Assembly: GCF_006345805.1 (NCBI RefSeq)
Contig: NC_042997.1
Location: forward strand, 147,436,001 to 147,500,000
Reading direction: 5' to 3'
DNA: 64,000 nucleotides
Source of the DNA: Octopus sinensis
Lineage: Eukaryota
A program made the position numbers and the translations under genes. Of the stretch, positions 1 to 13,750 are shown in pieces; position 1 is the first letter of the stretch; every line of letters begins with the position of its first letter. The notes under the pieces are model-generated. The model had not been told where the DNA came from. It was given only the letters and a program-made list of their open reading frames with translations, and ran no database searches.

Positions 1-684
1 TGTATAAAAGTGATGTAGTGGGAAAACTTACTAATAATATGAGAGAATACTGGAAAGGTGTTCCTGTCAAAACCTTTTTTTTAAAACCTAAGTTAAACAG
101 TTCAGACATAATGATCTGAGACGAAAAAAGACAAAAAAAAAACAAAAAAACAGAAGAACCAAAAACGAGAGAAAACACACACAAAGGAAGTGGAGCTTAA
201 TAGAAGAAATCAGTTGATCAACACACTCAAAAATATATTGTTGAAAATAAAAGAAAAAGATAGAATCAACGCTAAACAAATAATAAATCCGTGGATTTAT
301 TATTACTGAATTTCGTTATTTAACTAACAGCTCACAAACGGAGCCCTCACAAAATCAGCAATGATATGACGTATAAGAAAATTACAACTAAAAGCTACTA
401 ATAGCATTCTAAAAATATGAAAAAAATATTCAAGAATTTTACCATAAATATGTAAAAATATATATATGTATAGATATAGAAGCGTATGTATGTATATAGA
501 TCAACGATAAGGCAAATTATTGAAGGGAGAGAAATGAACCGCATTACGGTTGAACAATTCGGCACTGAGAAAAGCTGCGTTAATTGGTATATAAGGAAAT
601 GTAAATGGTAATTAATGAGAGAAAAGGGAGGAGGGGAAAAGAAGATAAGAGAGGAGGAAGCCGTAACAAGCATTTGTGAATGAA

Positions 685-794
685 GCTACATTAACTCAAA
701 TTTTTAGTGGGGAGATAACCCTATATTTAATGGCATTTTTTTAATGGGGGTGGGTTAATCAAAAAGTACACTGAATTCTATAGAAAATCTATAG
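685..794. repeat. 110-bp dispersed direct repeat, copy A (copy B at 1699-1808)
   Basis: GCTACATTAACTCAA...TAGAAAATCTATAG aligns along its length with 1699-1808 in the same orientation, with scattered substitutions. Confidence 0.8.
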
Positions 795-882
795 AATCAA
801 ATGGAGGGTAAAAGTGAAATATAAAGCAAAAGAAATACATAGAGAGTCTTAGAAAAGTCGAAGAGGAAGGAGCAAATATATC

Positions 883-1050
883 AGGCGCAGGCATGGCTGT
901 GTGATTAAGAAGCTCGCTTGGTAAATACGTGGTTTTGGGGTTCAATACCACTGCGCGACATGTTGGGAGGCTGTTTCCTACTATAACCCCAGGCCGACAA
1001 CTGCCTTGTGAGTGAGTGTGGCAGGTGGAGTCCGTATGGTCGCCCGTCGT
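883..1050 (+). mobile_element. tRNA-derived CORE-type SINE, head half
   Basis: AGGCGCAGGCATGGCTGTGTG head, B-box-like GGTTCAATACC, ends CCCGTCGT then (GT)n; matches the cleaner copy at 40374-40540. Confidence 0.75.
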
Positions 1051-1698
1051 GTTTGCGTGTCTGTGTGTCTGTGTGTATGTGTGTGTGTGTGTGTGTGCGT
1101 GTGTGTGTGTGTGTGCGTGCGCGTGCGTGGGTGTGTATCTTTGTGTGTGTGATTGTCTTCTCTTACTGTTCATCTTTCGTTCTATATTTCGTTCATACAT
1201 GCACATTTGAAAATATTAATTTATCTGTAATTAACCCCATAGTGTTACACCGCTAAAGTTAATGGGTATTTAAGCAGTGCATTCTGAATAATTTATGGTT
1301 TAGGTGTTATGCTGAAGAAGAAGCAAAACTTGTGAAATATACATATACAACTATTCCCTATTTTTTCTGTTTTCGATCTCATTGTTTACATAGCCATATT
1401 CGTATATGAAACGACGTAAGTGACAGTTCTAACTCTGATTTCGGTACCATTTGTTTATCACACCCCAATTAAAAAATTGAGTTATCTCCACCAACTGAAA
1501 AAATTGCTTAACTATCAATTAAACAACAAAAAAAATGAAAAATTAATAAACATGGAAAGTGAAAAGATTAAACATCTTATTGAATCTAATAACATTTTCA
1601 TAACAAATCATACCATACATATTGAGTAGGCGAAAAGTCAACGATATTTTGAAGTATTGAATTAAAAGGATCTAACCCTTTTAATCCTATCTCTTGTC

Positions 1699-1808
1699 GC
1701 TACATTAACTCAACTTTTTAGTGTGGGCATAAACCAAATTTTTATGACATTTTTTAAATGGGGTGAGATAACCAAAAAGAACCCTGAATTTTATAGAAAA
1801 ATCTATAG
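1699..1808. repeat. 110-bp dispersed direct repeat, copy B
   Basis: Same-orientation homolog of 685-794. Confidence 0.8.
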
Positions 1809-2053
1809 TTTATCATTTAAAAATTTAAGAATAATATTCTGAGCGACATTTTTTAGAAAATGATAATTCCTTCGTCTTGAAGTCTATATTGTTAACTTAA
1901 TAACATTCACATATACACACATCCGTGAGCGTCAGCGTGGGCACACCTACTCACGCACACGTACGTGCATGCACACGTACATGCACGCACATGCATGCAT
2001 ACAAATGCTAATGAATACGCTCTTATGCATAGAAACCATCGAACTCCTCCTTC

Positions 2054-2099
<46 letters not shown>

Positions 2100-2720
2100 G
2101 CGCTCACACTCACACATGTTGCGCTTGCACAAATGTGATGGTGTCAAGATACAGTAAAAGTTTGCCCAACTTATTGGAAGTCGACCTGAAGAAAATAACA
2201 ATAAAGAAGTTTAAGATATTCCAATAAAATTCAATGAAAAAAATAGACACAAAAAAACAAAGCCCTCGCCTAAAACCGTGCAAAACAAAACAAAGGAATT
2301 AAATATATCAGTAATGATAGTACTTCTGTGAAAGTAAAAAATTCTCCAGGAGGTTCATTTTGACTATCGATAGAAAATGCCAGTTATTGGTAAATCAATA
2401 ACTTTAAATACCTGATCATTGATCATGTAAGAAAAACGAAAAAAAAAACAAAACAAAAAAACAAAACAAAAGCAACTAAAACAACGCACAAAAAAAAATG
2501 AACGCTTCGTTTCTCTTCTAGCTATTGTCTGAATACAATTCTACAGAAACTAGAATAAGCCACTAGCAAGATGCATTGTGTTACGTGGATTTTTCTCTCT
2601 TCTTATTTTTTTACTATTAGAATTTAAAGGTGTATCGCAATAAAATTCATTGGCAACATTTTGCGATAATCAGCGAAATTTAACTAGAAATAGGCAATAT
2701 TAAACTTCTACAATAAATGC

Positions 2721-2771
<51 letters not shown>

Positions 2772-2803
2772 CTACTACAAGATTATTCATCTTTCTATTT
2801 CAC

Positions 2804-2846
<43 letters not shown>

Positions 2847-3114
2847 CTTTTGAATTTGTTTATGGGAGATATTTTGAATATGCAAATAAAGCTCCTATTC
2901 CATTATGTCACCCACCGTCTAATGATGTTGACTAGTGAGTCAGCTATGTAGGATATATATATATACGTGTGTGTGTGTCTGTGTGCGTGTGTGTGTGTGT
3001 ATGAGTGTGTGTGTGTATGAGTGTGTGTGTGGTGTGTGTGTGTGTGTGTGTGTGTACAAAAGTCCCTCATCAGAAGTAAACAGCTTAGAAATATAAATTC
3101 ATGTTGATTACTGA

Positions 3115-3240
3115 TAAGAAGTTTTGAATCTCAGATGCATGGTTCCGTCCCGCTGCGCAGCACCTTGGTGTTTTCGTCTATAATCTCGGGCTGAATCAAG
3201 CCTTTCCGTGGACCTGTTAGAGGGAAACTGAAAGATACAC
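3115..3240 (+). mobile_element. CORE-type SINE fragment
   Basis: CATGGTTCCGTCCCGCTGCGCAGCACCTTGG...GGAAACTGAAAG matches the family. Confidence 0.65.
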
Positions 3241-3282
3241 TCACGCACTCGCGCACACACACACACGTACACACACACACAC

Positions 3283-3321
<39 letters not shown>

Positions 3322-3340
3322 TTCTTTCGGACTCTACCTC

Positions 3341-3456
3341 CATGGATCTTACTGGCTCGAAACGTAAAACATTTTTCCTCTCTTCCCGAGCGTTAAACTA
3401 ATACACCTGTTTGTTGTTCCTCCACCTGTCTTCATCTTTTGTTTTCTGTAAATTTC

Positions 3457-3460
<4 letters not shown>
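3341..3460 (+). mobile_element. PLE terminal-repeat (pLTR) 3' fragment
   Basis: GGCTCGAAACGTAAAAC...TTCCCGAGCG...CCACCTGTCTTCATCTTTTG is homologous to 28638-28770; bounded by (CA)n and (TA)n. Confidence 0.6.
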
Positions 3461-3526
<66 letters not shown>

Positions 3527-3898
3527 ATGTGTGTATGTATATGCACACGTATATATCCCCGTGTTTATCTTTGTCTTAGCAAAAGTCGAAGGCTGTCCTA
3601 GGAACTCGAACACGTATCTTCTGGCAATAAGAGAGTCATTCTACAATTCAATCAAAGCGACCCTTCGAATTTGTCAATCGATTTTTGAAACGTTATGCTT
3701 AGCAACGAGGATTGTGTGATGCAGAACATCATAAGAGTATAAAAACTTAGAGAATGTGAAGTAATTAATTTTTGTAACGGTGAAATTCAAAGCGCTGTTA
3801 TTTATAGCTGTATCTCCTTCGAGTTACAAGTTTCTAAAACGTGTTATTCCACTTGGTCTCCAAGTTTTAAAAAATCTATTTATCTTGCTATCGTCAAA

Positions 3899-3998
<100 letters not shown>

Positions 3999-4095
3999 GC
4001 GTGTGTGTGTGTGTGTATGTGTGTAACATATATAGTATCATTATGAACAGGGTTAATTTAGTTGTTTCTCCTTACAATGAAAATAATGATGAACA

Positions 4096-4138
4096 ACCTC
4101 AATCGATTTTCGAATCTTATTGAATTCTCATCAGAGGC
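4096..4138 (-). ncRNA. Minimal type I hammerhead-like motif (probably inactive relic)
   Basis: Minus strand: GCCT-CTGATGA-GAATT/CAATAA/GATTC-GAAA-ATCGATT-G-AGGT; palindromic AATCGATT stem III, but position 17 is G. Confidence 0.5.
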
Positions 4139-4558
4139 GTCTATATCAATTTGAACAATCCCAGAGAAACAAGCAACCAATTTGTTTATATACTCAACAA
4201 CTCCAGTAGCTGCAGGAAACCGATGCTACTAATTTGCATAAGTGTTAGCTCTCTATGTGAGAGTATGTTCATGTGGATTGACATGACTAAGTGATTTGAT
4301 AGTACAAAATGTACAGAATAAAATTCAACATTATTTTCGAATGTTTCTCTATGCAAAGTTGATTTAATGTTGTTTGCATATATTTAGACATACTGATCTA
4401 AAGTTATTTGAAGAGTTAAAATTGAAAGATCGAATCAATAGACTACACTCCACAGAAATATATTGACCATCCGATCTTACATATTTGAACTTACAGGGCA
4501 CGTAATGGCTATTTAACTTGCTTTACCCTTCATAACTAACACCATGCTGGAAAACCAC

Positions 4559-4619
<61 letters not shown>

Positions 4620-4821
4620 TTTTTCAGTTTTATTTCAAGATTTCTTCTTAATAGAGAAAAAATCGGTTTCTAAACTAGATCCAAGGTTCCTTCATTACAA
4701 TTTCAACATCAATAGGGTATTTTTGTACGTATATATGTATGTATGTAGTATTTATGTATGTATGTACATGAGTAGATTTGTTTGTTTTGTTTTATGTATG
4801 TCTTTTCATGCAAATACTTAT

Positions 4822-4985
4822 AGGCGCAGGAGTGGGTGTGTCTTAAGTAGCTTGCTAACCAACCGCATGGTTCCGGGTTCAGTTGCACTGCGTGGCACCT
4901 TGAGCAAGTGTCTTCTAATAAAACTCCAAGGCGACCAAAGCCTTGTGAGTAGATTTAGTTGACAGAAACTGAAATGAGACTTATA
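4822..4985 (+). mobile_element. CORE-type SINE head half
   Basis: AGGCGCAGGAGTGG...GGTTCCGGGTTCAG...GCACCTTGAGCAAGTG...GACCAAAGCCTTGTGAGT. Confidence 0.85.
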
Positions 4986-5005
4986 TATATGCAAAATCAT
5001 GGAGC

Positions 5006-5236
5006 CTTGATTTTGCAAAAAGCTTTTGACAAGGTGGATCATGGTATTATATGCCACAAACTGCGTAATCTTGGCATAGCTGGTAAACACGGAGAGTGGT
5101 TATATGACTTTCTGAAAATAGGAGTCAGGCTGTAGTGGCTAATGGAGTCACCTCTATGAACACACAAATAGTGAGCGGTGTTCCGCACGGCACTGTCTTG
5201 GGACCACTGCTTTTCATAGTGGCCCTCTCAGATATG
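5006..5236 (+). pseudogene. Non-LTR retrotransposon reverse transcriptase fragment (CR1/L2-like)
   Basis: With frameshifts reads LDFAK/AFDKVDHGIICHKLRNLGIAG...WLYDFL../RSQAVVANG...SGVPHGTVLGPLLFIVALSDM, the LDFxKAFDxV and GVPQGxVLGPLLF RT motifs. Confidence 0.9.
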
Positions 5237-5463
5237 AAGCCATTATGTCTTTAAGCATTATTTTACTGGGTTTAGTCTTTCAACTGTCGCCATGATGGGG
5301 TATCATCTTCAAAAATTTAATTGATCATATTGACCTCAGTACGTATTTCAATCTAGCATTTATTTTATAGAACTGTACTTGATGAACTGGTAACTTTGAG
5401 ACTTAGTTGGACATAATACTCGATTTAACAACAAATGAAAACGCACAAACACACACACATATT

Positions 5464-5625
5464 AGGCGCAAGAACGACTGTTTGGTTGAGAAATTTGCTT
5501 CCCAAAACCACATGGTTCCACGTACAGTCCTTCTGCATGGTACCTAGGGCAAGTGTTTTCTACAATAAACCATGACCTACCACAGACTTGTGTCTGAATT
5601 CGGTAGAGGAAAACTGAAGGGTTGT
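5464..5625 (+). mobile_element. CORE-type SINE head half, diverged
   Basis: AGGCGCAAG...CCACATGGTTCC...GGGCAAGTGTTTTCTAC...GGAAAACTGAAG. Confidence 0.7.
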
Positions 5626-5770
5626 TCATCAGAAAATGACCGAAAAGCATGTTTATAAAGAAAAGTTGTTTGTTCCATACTCCTCGTGAGCCGATTCTGC
5701 CCATAAGAAAGCAACAATACAATGTGGCTGTAGGTCATAACATTCGGATAACGCCGGGTTGCATTGCTAG

Positions 5771-5823
<53 letters not shown>

Positions 5824-5824
5824 C

Positions 5825-5930
5825 AAGGCATTGTTCGCCTGGGGTAGAAGACACCCAAGGGAGTGGTACTGAATCAGGAAGCATGTGGCTGGAAAGTAAA
5901 TTTCTTACCACGTAGCTATGCCTGCGTCTA
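5825..5930 (-). mobile_element. CORE-type SINE head fragment
   Basis: Plus-strand TAGAAGACAC...CTTACCACGTAGCTATGCCTGCGTCT is the reverse complement of the family head. Confidence 0.7.
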
Positions 5931-6942
5931 CATAAATACATACATACATACATATGTGTGTGAGTGAGCGTGTAAATGTATGTGTGAGTAATATAAGATA
6001 GAAGTAGATATGTTTATATACAAGCATTATACAATATTGCACATTTGCACAAGTATACGCAAACGTACAAGGAAATATACATAGATAAACGCATATATAC
6101 ATATTATACATACATGCACATCAAAACTCACAGATACACATACACATGCATACACACACAAAGACACATATATCAATCTAGCTGTCTGTGAACGAATAAA
6201 ATAAATATCAAATGAATAAAAGAACCATATTTTAGGGTACAAAAAGAATAAAAGAATGCTAGATCGATAGGTATTCAAACAAAACAAAGATAGGATATAG
6301 AAATACGTTGATATACACATTGATATTAAAACATACATACTGAGATTATACAATTGTATATACACTATTTAATATAATTGAGTGAATGATATTCAGTGGT
6401 CCGCTCTCTGAAAATGTACTGATTTGAAATGAAAGATCAAACACGGATGAGCTATTTTTTTCGATTACATGAAAGAGATAGCGATTTGTTTTGAACAAAA
6501 GAGAACCAAAACTAAAAAGAGAACCCCCCCCCCAATAAGAAAATAAAAAAAAAACATATCGACGTCGACAACAACAATACTAACTCCACCCCATCAAAGA
6601 GACAACGACCAAGAAGAAATATCTATGTGGTCGTTGACCTAGTAGAAATGGCAGTCGAATATCTTTAAAATGAGATGCAGATACAGTTTTCCAACGGAAA
6701 CGTTTAATAACATATTGCTTGAAAACCACTTGAAATACAGCAACGCGTTGGATGAAACGCTTATAAATATGGATTATCAATAATAAAGAAAACAGCTGCA
6801 AAATCAGTTGGTAGGGAGCTTAGGTAGGAACTGTTAGAAAGAACAGCTGAATTTCAATTCACATTCTAACGTTGCTTAAACGGGAGATCGAACTGAGTAA
6901 TGTAATCCTAGATACCAGTAAAATGCTGTGTGTGTAAGGGCT

Positions 6943-7440
6943 GTGAAGGCGCATGGCTTAGTGCAGTGGTTACCAACCTGTGGTCGGCGGATCTCTGATG
7001 GTCCGCTAAGGTTTTACTGTGGGGGTCCGTGAACTAAATTCAAAATTTATATATATATATATTATTTATAAATATATATATATATAAGGACAGGCATATT
7101 AAAAAGGGTCCATGGGAAAACTCATTTTCAATAAAAGGGGTCCTTGGTAGTGAAAAGGTTGTGGTTAGGGGTGTTTGGTTTACGATCGTAAGGTAGTGAG
7201 ATCAATTCCCGAAGACACTTTATTGCACGTTGCTCCAGTCTACTCAACTGACAAAAATAAGTTGTACCTGTATTTCAAAGGGCCAGTCTTGTCACACTCT
7301 GTGTTACACTGAATCTCCCTGAGAACTACGTTAAGGGTACATGTGTCTGTGGAGTGCTCACCCACTTGCACATTAATTTCCCGAGCAGGCTGTTCCGATG
7401 GTCTGATCATCTTGAACCCTCGTCGTCCTAAACGACGGAG
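6943..7440 (+). mobile_element. tRNA-derived SINE (GTGAAGGCGCATGG family) interrupted by a MITE
   Basis: Head GTGAAGGCGCATGGCTTAGTG breaks at 6963 and resumes GTGGTTAGGG at 7161; same head as the minus-strand copy ending at 57257. Confidence 0.75.
6964..7160 (+). mobile_element. hAT(Charlie)-like MITE, right TIR truncated
   Basis: Starts CAGTGGTTACCAACCT and ends GGGGTCCTTGG...AAAAGGTT, like CAGTGGTTCCCAACCT-type hAT MITE ends; no 8-bp TSD visible. Confidence 0.6.
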
Positions 7441-7651
7441 AAGGGTTAAGGGCTAATATGTCCTTGCTCATGTGTCTGTTCTATAAAATTTTTCTGTAGC
7501 AAACAACAACAACGTATTGAAACAATAATACAAAGACAAAACGCAACAGAATTATCAAGAATTCTTTTTCCCTCTCCTCGTGTGTATATGTATGTTTATG
7601 CATGAATGTGCGTATTCTTGTATATATATATATATATATATACAGGGGGTG

Positions 7652-7813
7652 GTGATTCCTGCTGTACTCTTTCACCACTCTTTCTCCCACTCCTTCATCT
7701 GTTGGCCTGCTCGCTTAGCCAGCGGGGTGGCGTCATTCGAAGGCTAAAACAATGCGAACGCATTGTGACCAGCGATGTGTAACTACATCTGATGGACTGG
7801 TAGGTCACGTGAT

Positions 7814-7820
<7 letters not shown>
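7652..7820 (+). mobile_element. SINE 3' portion
   Basis: GGGGGTGGTGA..CCTGCTGTACTCTTTCACCAC is shared with 24262-24310, then a different tail. Confidence 0.55.
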
Positions 7821-7844
<24 letters not shown>

Positions 7845-9307
7845 CACAAACGTCTCTCTCTTTCTCAATCAATCAATCAATCTATCTATCTATCTTATTA
7901 TACTCTACATTTTACTATGACGCATTTTGTAACCATTGTTCGTTTTGTACATCTTGACAGTTAGCTTTATTATATATTGTACAGACGTGAAATACAAACA
8001 ACAATAGTTAGAAAGTAATTCATACTAAAAGCAAAGTAATAAAGCAAATAATATATAAAGCTGAACAGAGATATGTATTATATTGACGGTTGTTGTTTCA
8101 ATTTTATCAGAAATATTCAAACAAATCTGATAAATTATTGCATATATATAAACATTTAGAGTCGGGGAGCAATAGGGAAAAAATGTAGAAAGGCAAAGAA
8201 AATTTGAGAGAAATGAAGTCAGGGGATGAAGGAGTGTGGCTTAGTGATTGCAAGGTCGGGATTTTTCAATTCCCTGCCCAGGCGGTGCGCTGTGCTCTTA
8301 TGCAAAACATTTCATTTCATGTTGCTTCATGGCATTCATCTGCAAATAAGTAACTCCAGGGCAAACTGGTGTCCCGAGCAGGAGGTATGATGTGATCTCT
8401 GTCACTTGTACGCCACGGTAACAACTTAACCGGCTGTATAAGTCATGGCAATAATGTTGAGGGGTTTATAATGATGATGATAAAGACGATGATAAAAAAG
8501 TTTTGCCACATATAATTTTGCCGCGAAGAGTATAACCGGTTAAAACATTAAAACATAGTTTACAAAGTAGCCAAAAAATTGAATCAGACAGCTTGAAGAG
8601 CAAATATTTCAGGTGTCTATGTTAGATATATAACTGTCATTTTTAGGGAAATAAAATTTACGCATGAAATCACAATCTTTAAAAAATATTTACTTGTCTT
8701 TTTTAATACTTAATAATAATTTCCTTGATATACGTTTCTCTACATCTCTGTTATAATACTTCAAGCAAAACTAAGTAAATATTTCTTAAAGAATATGATT
8801 ATATTAGGTAACTTTCACCATCAAAAACTGACTTATGTACACAACACAAAGACATGTGTAATATTTGTTGCCCAAACTCTCCTGCACAAGTCTGTGTTTC
8901 ATAATAACATTATATATATCTCAAAGTCTCAAATGATTATTCTATAAAAATTTTCAGCGAAAGTGTGTTTCAAACCTTTATACCAATCTCATTTTTACGA
9001 AGCTTTCGTCTACAATTCTTCTAATCTCCCAAAATTGCTTTATATGCACTGCTCTACCGAATTTTTCATAGTGCTATTTCTGATGAATTCGAAATGAGAA
9101 ATTGCTATGAAATTAGAAATCCTGCATCTCTTCTGCTTTGCTCATTATCTTCTTCCTCTATCACCCTCTATGACTCACTGGCTGTCAGCTTTCCTTCTTT
9201 TTCTAATACACTTAATCTCACTTTCTCTCTCTGTTTGTACACAGGCACACATGCACACACACGCAGACACCCCCACCCCCACCATACACTCTCTCTTGCA
9301 CACACAC

Positions 9308-9386
<79 letters not shown>

Positions 9387-9675
9387 CTATATGTATGTAT
9401 GTCTCTTCTGTTTTCTAATTATAAATCTTACACTGAGGAAGGAGCCGGTTTCCAACAAAGATACAAGGCTCCATATTTAGGATGTAGTTAACAGGGACAA
9501 ACTCGCATTTGGAACTTGAGAAAAGTCTTGCATATTTTCACTGTTCCGCTCACAGATTGCACTTGTAATCTACGAATTTGCCGGTTGATTTCTCTTTCTG
9601 AAAATCCCAGTTTATCCAGATTCTCCTTTAAGCATTTATTACGAAAACTTAGAGCTCCAATTATTATTGGTATGA

Positions 9676-9706
<31 letters not shown>

Positions 9707-10985
9707 TGTATGTATGTATGTATGTATGTATGTATGTATGTATGTATGTGTGTGTATGTATGTTTGTTTGTACGTATGTATGTGTGTGTATGTATATTTG
9801 AATGTATGTATGTATGTATGTATGTATGTATATATGTTGTATGTATCTATCTATCTTTATAAACATGAATAATTCAAATGAAATATGGATCAACTAACTC
9901 AAAAGGACAAAGGACAAATAAACATGGAAATCCTCTCCCTAGCCCTGAAAACCAAAATACCAACGCAGTTTCGGCCCGTTTAATGTCCGGGAATTTAAAT
10001 TCCATGATATATTTTCTTTCCCAAATAAACACACGCATTATATACTTATTCTTCATTTAAACTTTATTATTATTCTTATTTTAGTGCCCTTTGTCTGAAA
10101 TCATTCGTCACACCTCCTGTGACCTCTTCAGTGCCCCTCCATCCTACATGTCTTCAGGTTTGTTTGGTCCATTCTATCTTTCTACGGCTTGATCGAAAAG
10201 ACAGAACAAGATGAAAGAATATGGATTTGGCCCGTAGTGGTGTCGACAGAGTGAAGATTGTATGATGTCTCAGTTTTGCTTCAGTAATTTTTTGCATGAT
10301 CCCCATTCCGTGGTGAATTTGGTTGGTCAGATGTATGATCAATATGTCCCGGTTGTTTGTTTTTAGTTTAGTCAATGAGTGTCTAGTACTACATTTTCCA
10401 GTGGATCCAGCATGTTAGTGAAGACCGTAAAGTACCTGAACTAGGAAAGTTATATATATATTTCTTGCAGATTGAGTGACTATGTACAGATTCGCTCAAT
10501 GGTTGAAAACTCGGAGATTACATGAGGAAGAATGCAGTTTTACCAAGCAGAAAGTGGCAGAAAAATAACGAATTTAACGACGGTAATCTAACCATATGAC
10601 GGTTACTTGATAGATAAATGTTCAATTGTTTTATAACACAGAGTTTCTACATTAGCCTTTCTCTTTTTCTCTTGTTTCTACTCTCAAATATGCATATAAA
10701 CATTTAACTTTGACATTATCACAACAGTTTCCAATCTGAAATTGTTGTTTACAACTATTGTAACGCCTGATGTTGTTTATATAAAAAACAAATTATTATT
10801 TAGTTCTTAGTTTGTATAGTTTATAATTTAATCACATTCTCATCCTAAGCATCAAATCAAAGTGATAGGTTTGCTCAAGGCGGCTAAGTTGCTGACGAAT
10901 TACTGATGAGAAAGAAGTACCTAAGTTTGAATGTATGTGTGAGCGTGTTTGTGTACACATCAACTCACACACACTCATACACATG

Positions 10986-11030
<45 letters not shown>

Positions 11031-11076
11031 GAACATACACACATATATATAAGCACATATATGCACACATATATAC

Positions 11077-11131
<55 letters not shown>

Positions 11132-11387
11132 CATATGTATGTTTGTATGCGTGTGTGAGTATGTGTGTGTATCTTTTCATCTTTTGAGGTATTAGTGGTT
11201 ATGTATAAGAAAACTACTTTCAAAATCACAGTCATACATATAATACATTTCAGGGTTTGTTAACATCCTCAATCACATACGCACCACACACGCGCGTGTA
11301 CACACACATACACACTCCACAAACATACACACATACATACACACACCTATGCAATAAAAATGCAGTATATATATATGTATGTGTATA

Positions 11388-11423
<36 letters not shown>

Positions 11424-11441
11424 TGTATGTATGTATGTATG

Positions 11442-11477
<36 letters not shown>

Positions 11478-11778
11478 CAAGTGTGTGTGTGTGTAGAAAG
11501 TTAAAACGTTACGAACTATGATTAAATGTCTAAATAAGGTGTTTATATGAATGTAATTATTCGGTCTATTAACTGCATCTTCAGAGACACAATTTTTTGC
11601 AGCATTTACATCTATGAGACGATATAACCTATTGACAGGAATTATCTTAGTTGGGTGTACGGAGGTGCGGAATTAAATGTTTACATCTACGTTTCTGCTT
11701 TCGATCCTACCGTGTGACAATTCAGTTTGATCAGTATTCCATGAGCAAAAACGGACCAAAGGAATTTCTGCCGAAAGA

Positions 11779-11819
<41 letters not shown>

Positions 11820-12022
11820 CACAACACAACACACTCACACACACACACACACCCAAACATCTGTAAATAAGGAAATGTATAGGGTTTTGGTTTGGTTTTA
11901 CTATCAGAATACTCAAATTTTAGTAGCGGCCAGAGTAGAGATAGTGCTACTAGCGTTTTTGTAATGTCAAAGGCCAGTGCTTTGAGTGTTCGAATATTTA
12001 TTGTTTATGAGAGATAAATGTA

Positions 12023-12588
12023 TTGGGATTTCTGGAAAGTTCGTGCTGATTTATAGTAGCTTATCTTTCGACTTATTTTAGAACATGGTTGAATCCATAA
12101 AATAGGATTTGACTACACCTCCATTTAGAGCACACATTAAGCTATCTTTTCGTGGAAGAAGGTTTATGTTCCTATAACCTATGTTAATTCTGTAACCCTT
12201 TAAAATGAAAGATAAAAAAGTTTATTTTTGGCACTTGATGCTTTGGGAACCAGACAAAAATTACTGCAGCTCGGCTGAGATGTATTACCCCACCGTTCAT
12301 ATTCACCAGATATTGCTCCTTCGGATTTCCACTTATTCAGGTCTCTGCAGAATAGTCTTAATGGTAAAAATTTCAATTCCTTGGACGACGTAAAAAGATA
12401 CCTTGATGAATTCTTTGCCATGAAAACACCTCAATTCTGGGAAGAGGGTATTTTCAAGTTAAAGGAAAGATAGAGACGCATTGTGCAAGAAAATGGTTCA
12501 TATTTGGTCGATTAAAAATGTAATGGCAAGTATTTATTGATCTTTTTCTTTCCTTTAAAAATCGAGACGAACTTTCCGGACAACCCAA
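12023..12588 (+). mobile_element. Internally deleted mariner transposon (~566 bp)
   Basis: Imperfect TIRs TTGGGATTTCTGGAAAGTTCG / CGAACTTTCCGGACAACCCAA, TA on both sides; N-terminal MKDKKVYFWHLMLWE fused to C-terminal HRSYSPDIAPSDFHLFRSLQNSL...ENGSYLVD*. Confidence 0.92.
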
Positions 12589-13274
12589 TATAACGATAGC
12601 CGTTACGGAGAAACCAAGTTCAGAGAATACACACACACACACACACATACACATATATATATATATACATATATATGTATGTATGAATGTATATGTGTGT
12701 GTGTGTGTGTGTGCGTGTAGGTGTATGTATGTATGTGTGTTGATTCACAAGAAGCAATAAATTACAGAACTACAGTACAGAATACAACTGTAGAGTATTC
12801 ATTAATACATTATTACTGAAAGACTCGGTTTACCAGCTGATAATCGGAAACGAGCAACTCGGAGTACTGGAGATCGGAGACATTCAGGTAGTATATATGT
12901 CGTGTATTGCACTCCTAATCAGTATATACAAATGCTGTATATTTGTTTAAATAATTAAAAACCGCCAGTCATATGGCATGCACACAAGTTTTATGTGAAC
13001 TTGTCCGTTTTTTTTTCTACATATTGTAATTAAAATAAACAGTGGATTGAATATCTACAGGATTATGCTTGATGTTGTTACCACTTTCTCATACGTACTA
13101 CTGTTGGTAGTGCTTCTGCTACGGCGAGATATATAAGGCAAATAAGAAAATGGAGGGGATAAACAATCGACAAACATCAGCTAGTAAACATTCAATTATA
13201 CATATTTATTAATTGATTACAAACATATGTGTAAGTGATTCAAGTAAACGAATGAAATAAGCTAATAATTACGT

Positions 13275-13311
<37 letters not shown>

Positions 13312-13750
13312 AATAATAATAGATGAGTGTACAGCCGTTTCTACCATGCGGTATCCAAATCTTCCAAGTTATCCTCATCCTTACTATGTCTTACTATTAG
13401 AATATTCGGTTAAATAAAACTTAGATGGAAACAAGCATAAATTAATTGCCAGACTTCGACTTTTACCACGTAAGTGTTTTTAACCCAATAATCTACATGC
13501 TATTTATTCATAGCTTTATTGCAGGCGCAAGTTGCAGAGATCGTTAGAGCTCTGAGCAAAATGCTTTGCGGCAATTCATCCTTCATTTATGTTCTGATTT
13601 CAAATTCCGTTGACGTCGACTTTCATCCTTTCGGGTCGATGAAATTATTACAAGTTAGGCACTGAGCTCAATGTGAAAGCCTAAACCACTCCCCATCCAA
13701 ATTTTAGGGATTATTTCTTTAGCAGAAAGGATTGTTTATAGCTTTACCAA

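Noticed and set aside
8590-8612. GAGCAAATATTTCAGGTGT, similar to miR-87
   Set aside because: Imperfect match and no complementary arm to form a precursor hairpin.
9441-9660. Minus-strand peptide KLGFSEREINRQIRR resembling a Tc1 HTH, and a GGAGCC/GGCTCC hairpin
   Set aside because: Too short, and no TIRs or catalytic domain were found to support a call.
10100-10136. Minus-strand CTGAAGA-G-GTCAC/GTGAC-GAAT
   Set aside because: GAAA is broken and there is no stem I partner; at most a very decayed relic.
10471-10581. Plus-strand segment with good acceptor and donor
   Set aside because: Stops in all frames and no supporting neighbours; such signals are common by chance in AT-rich DNA.
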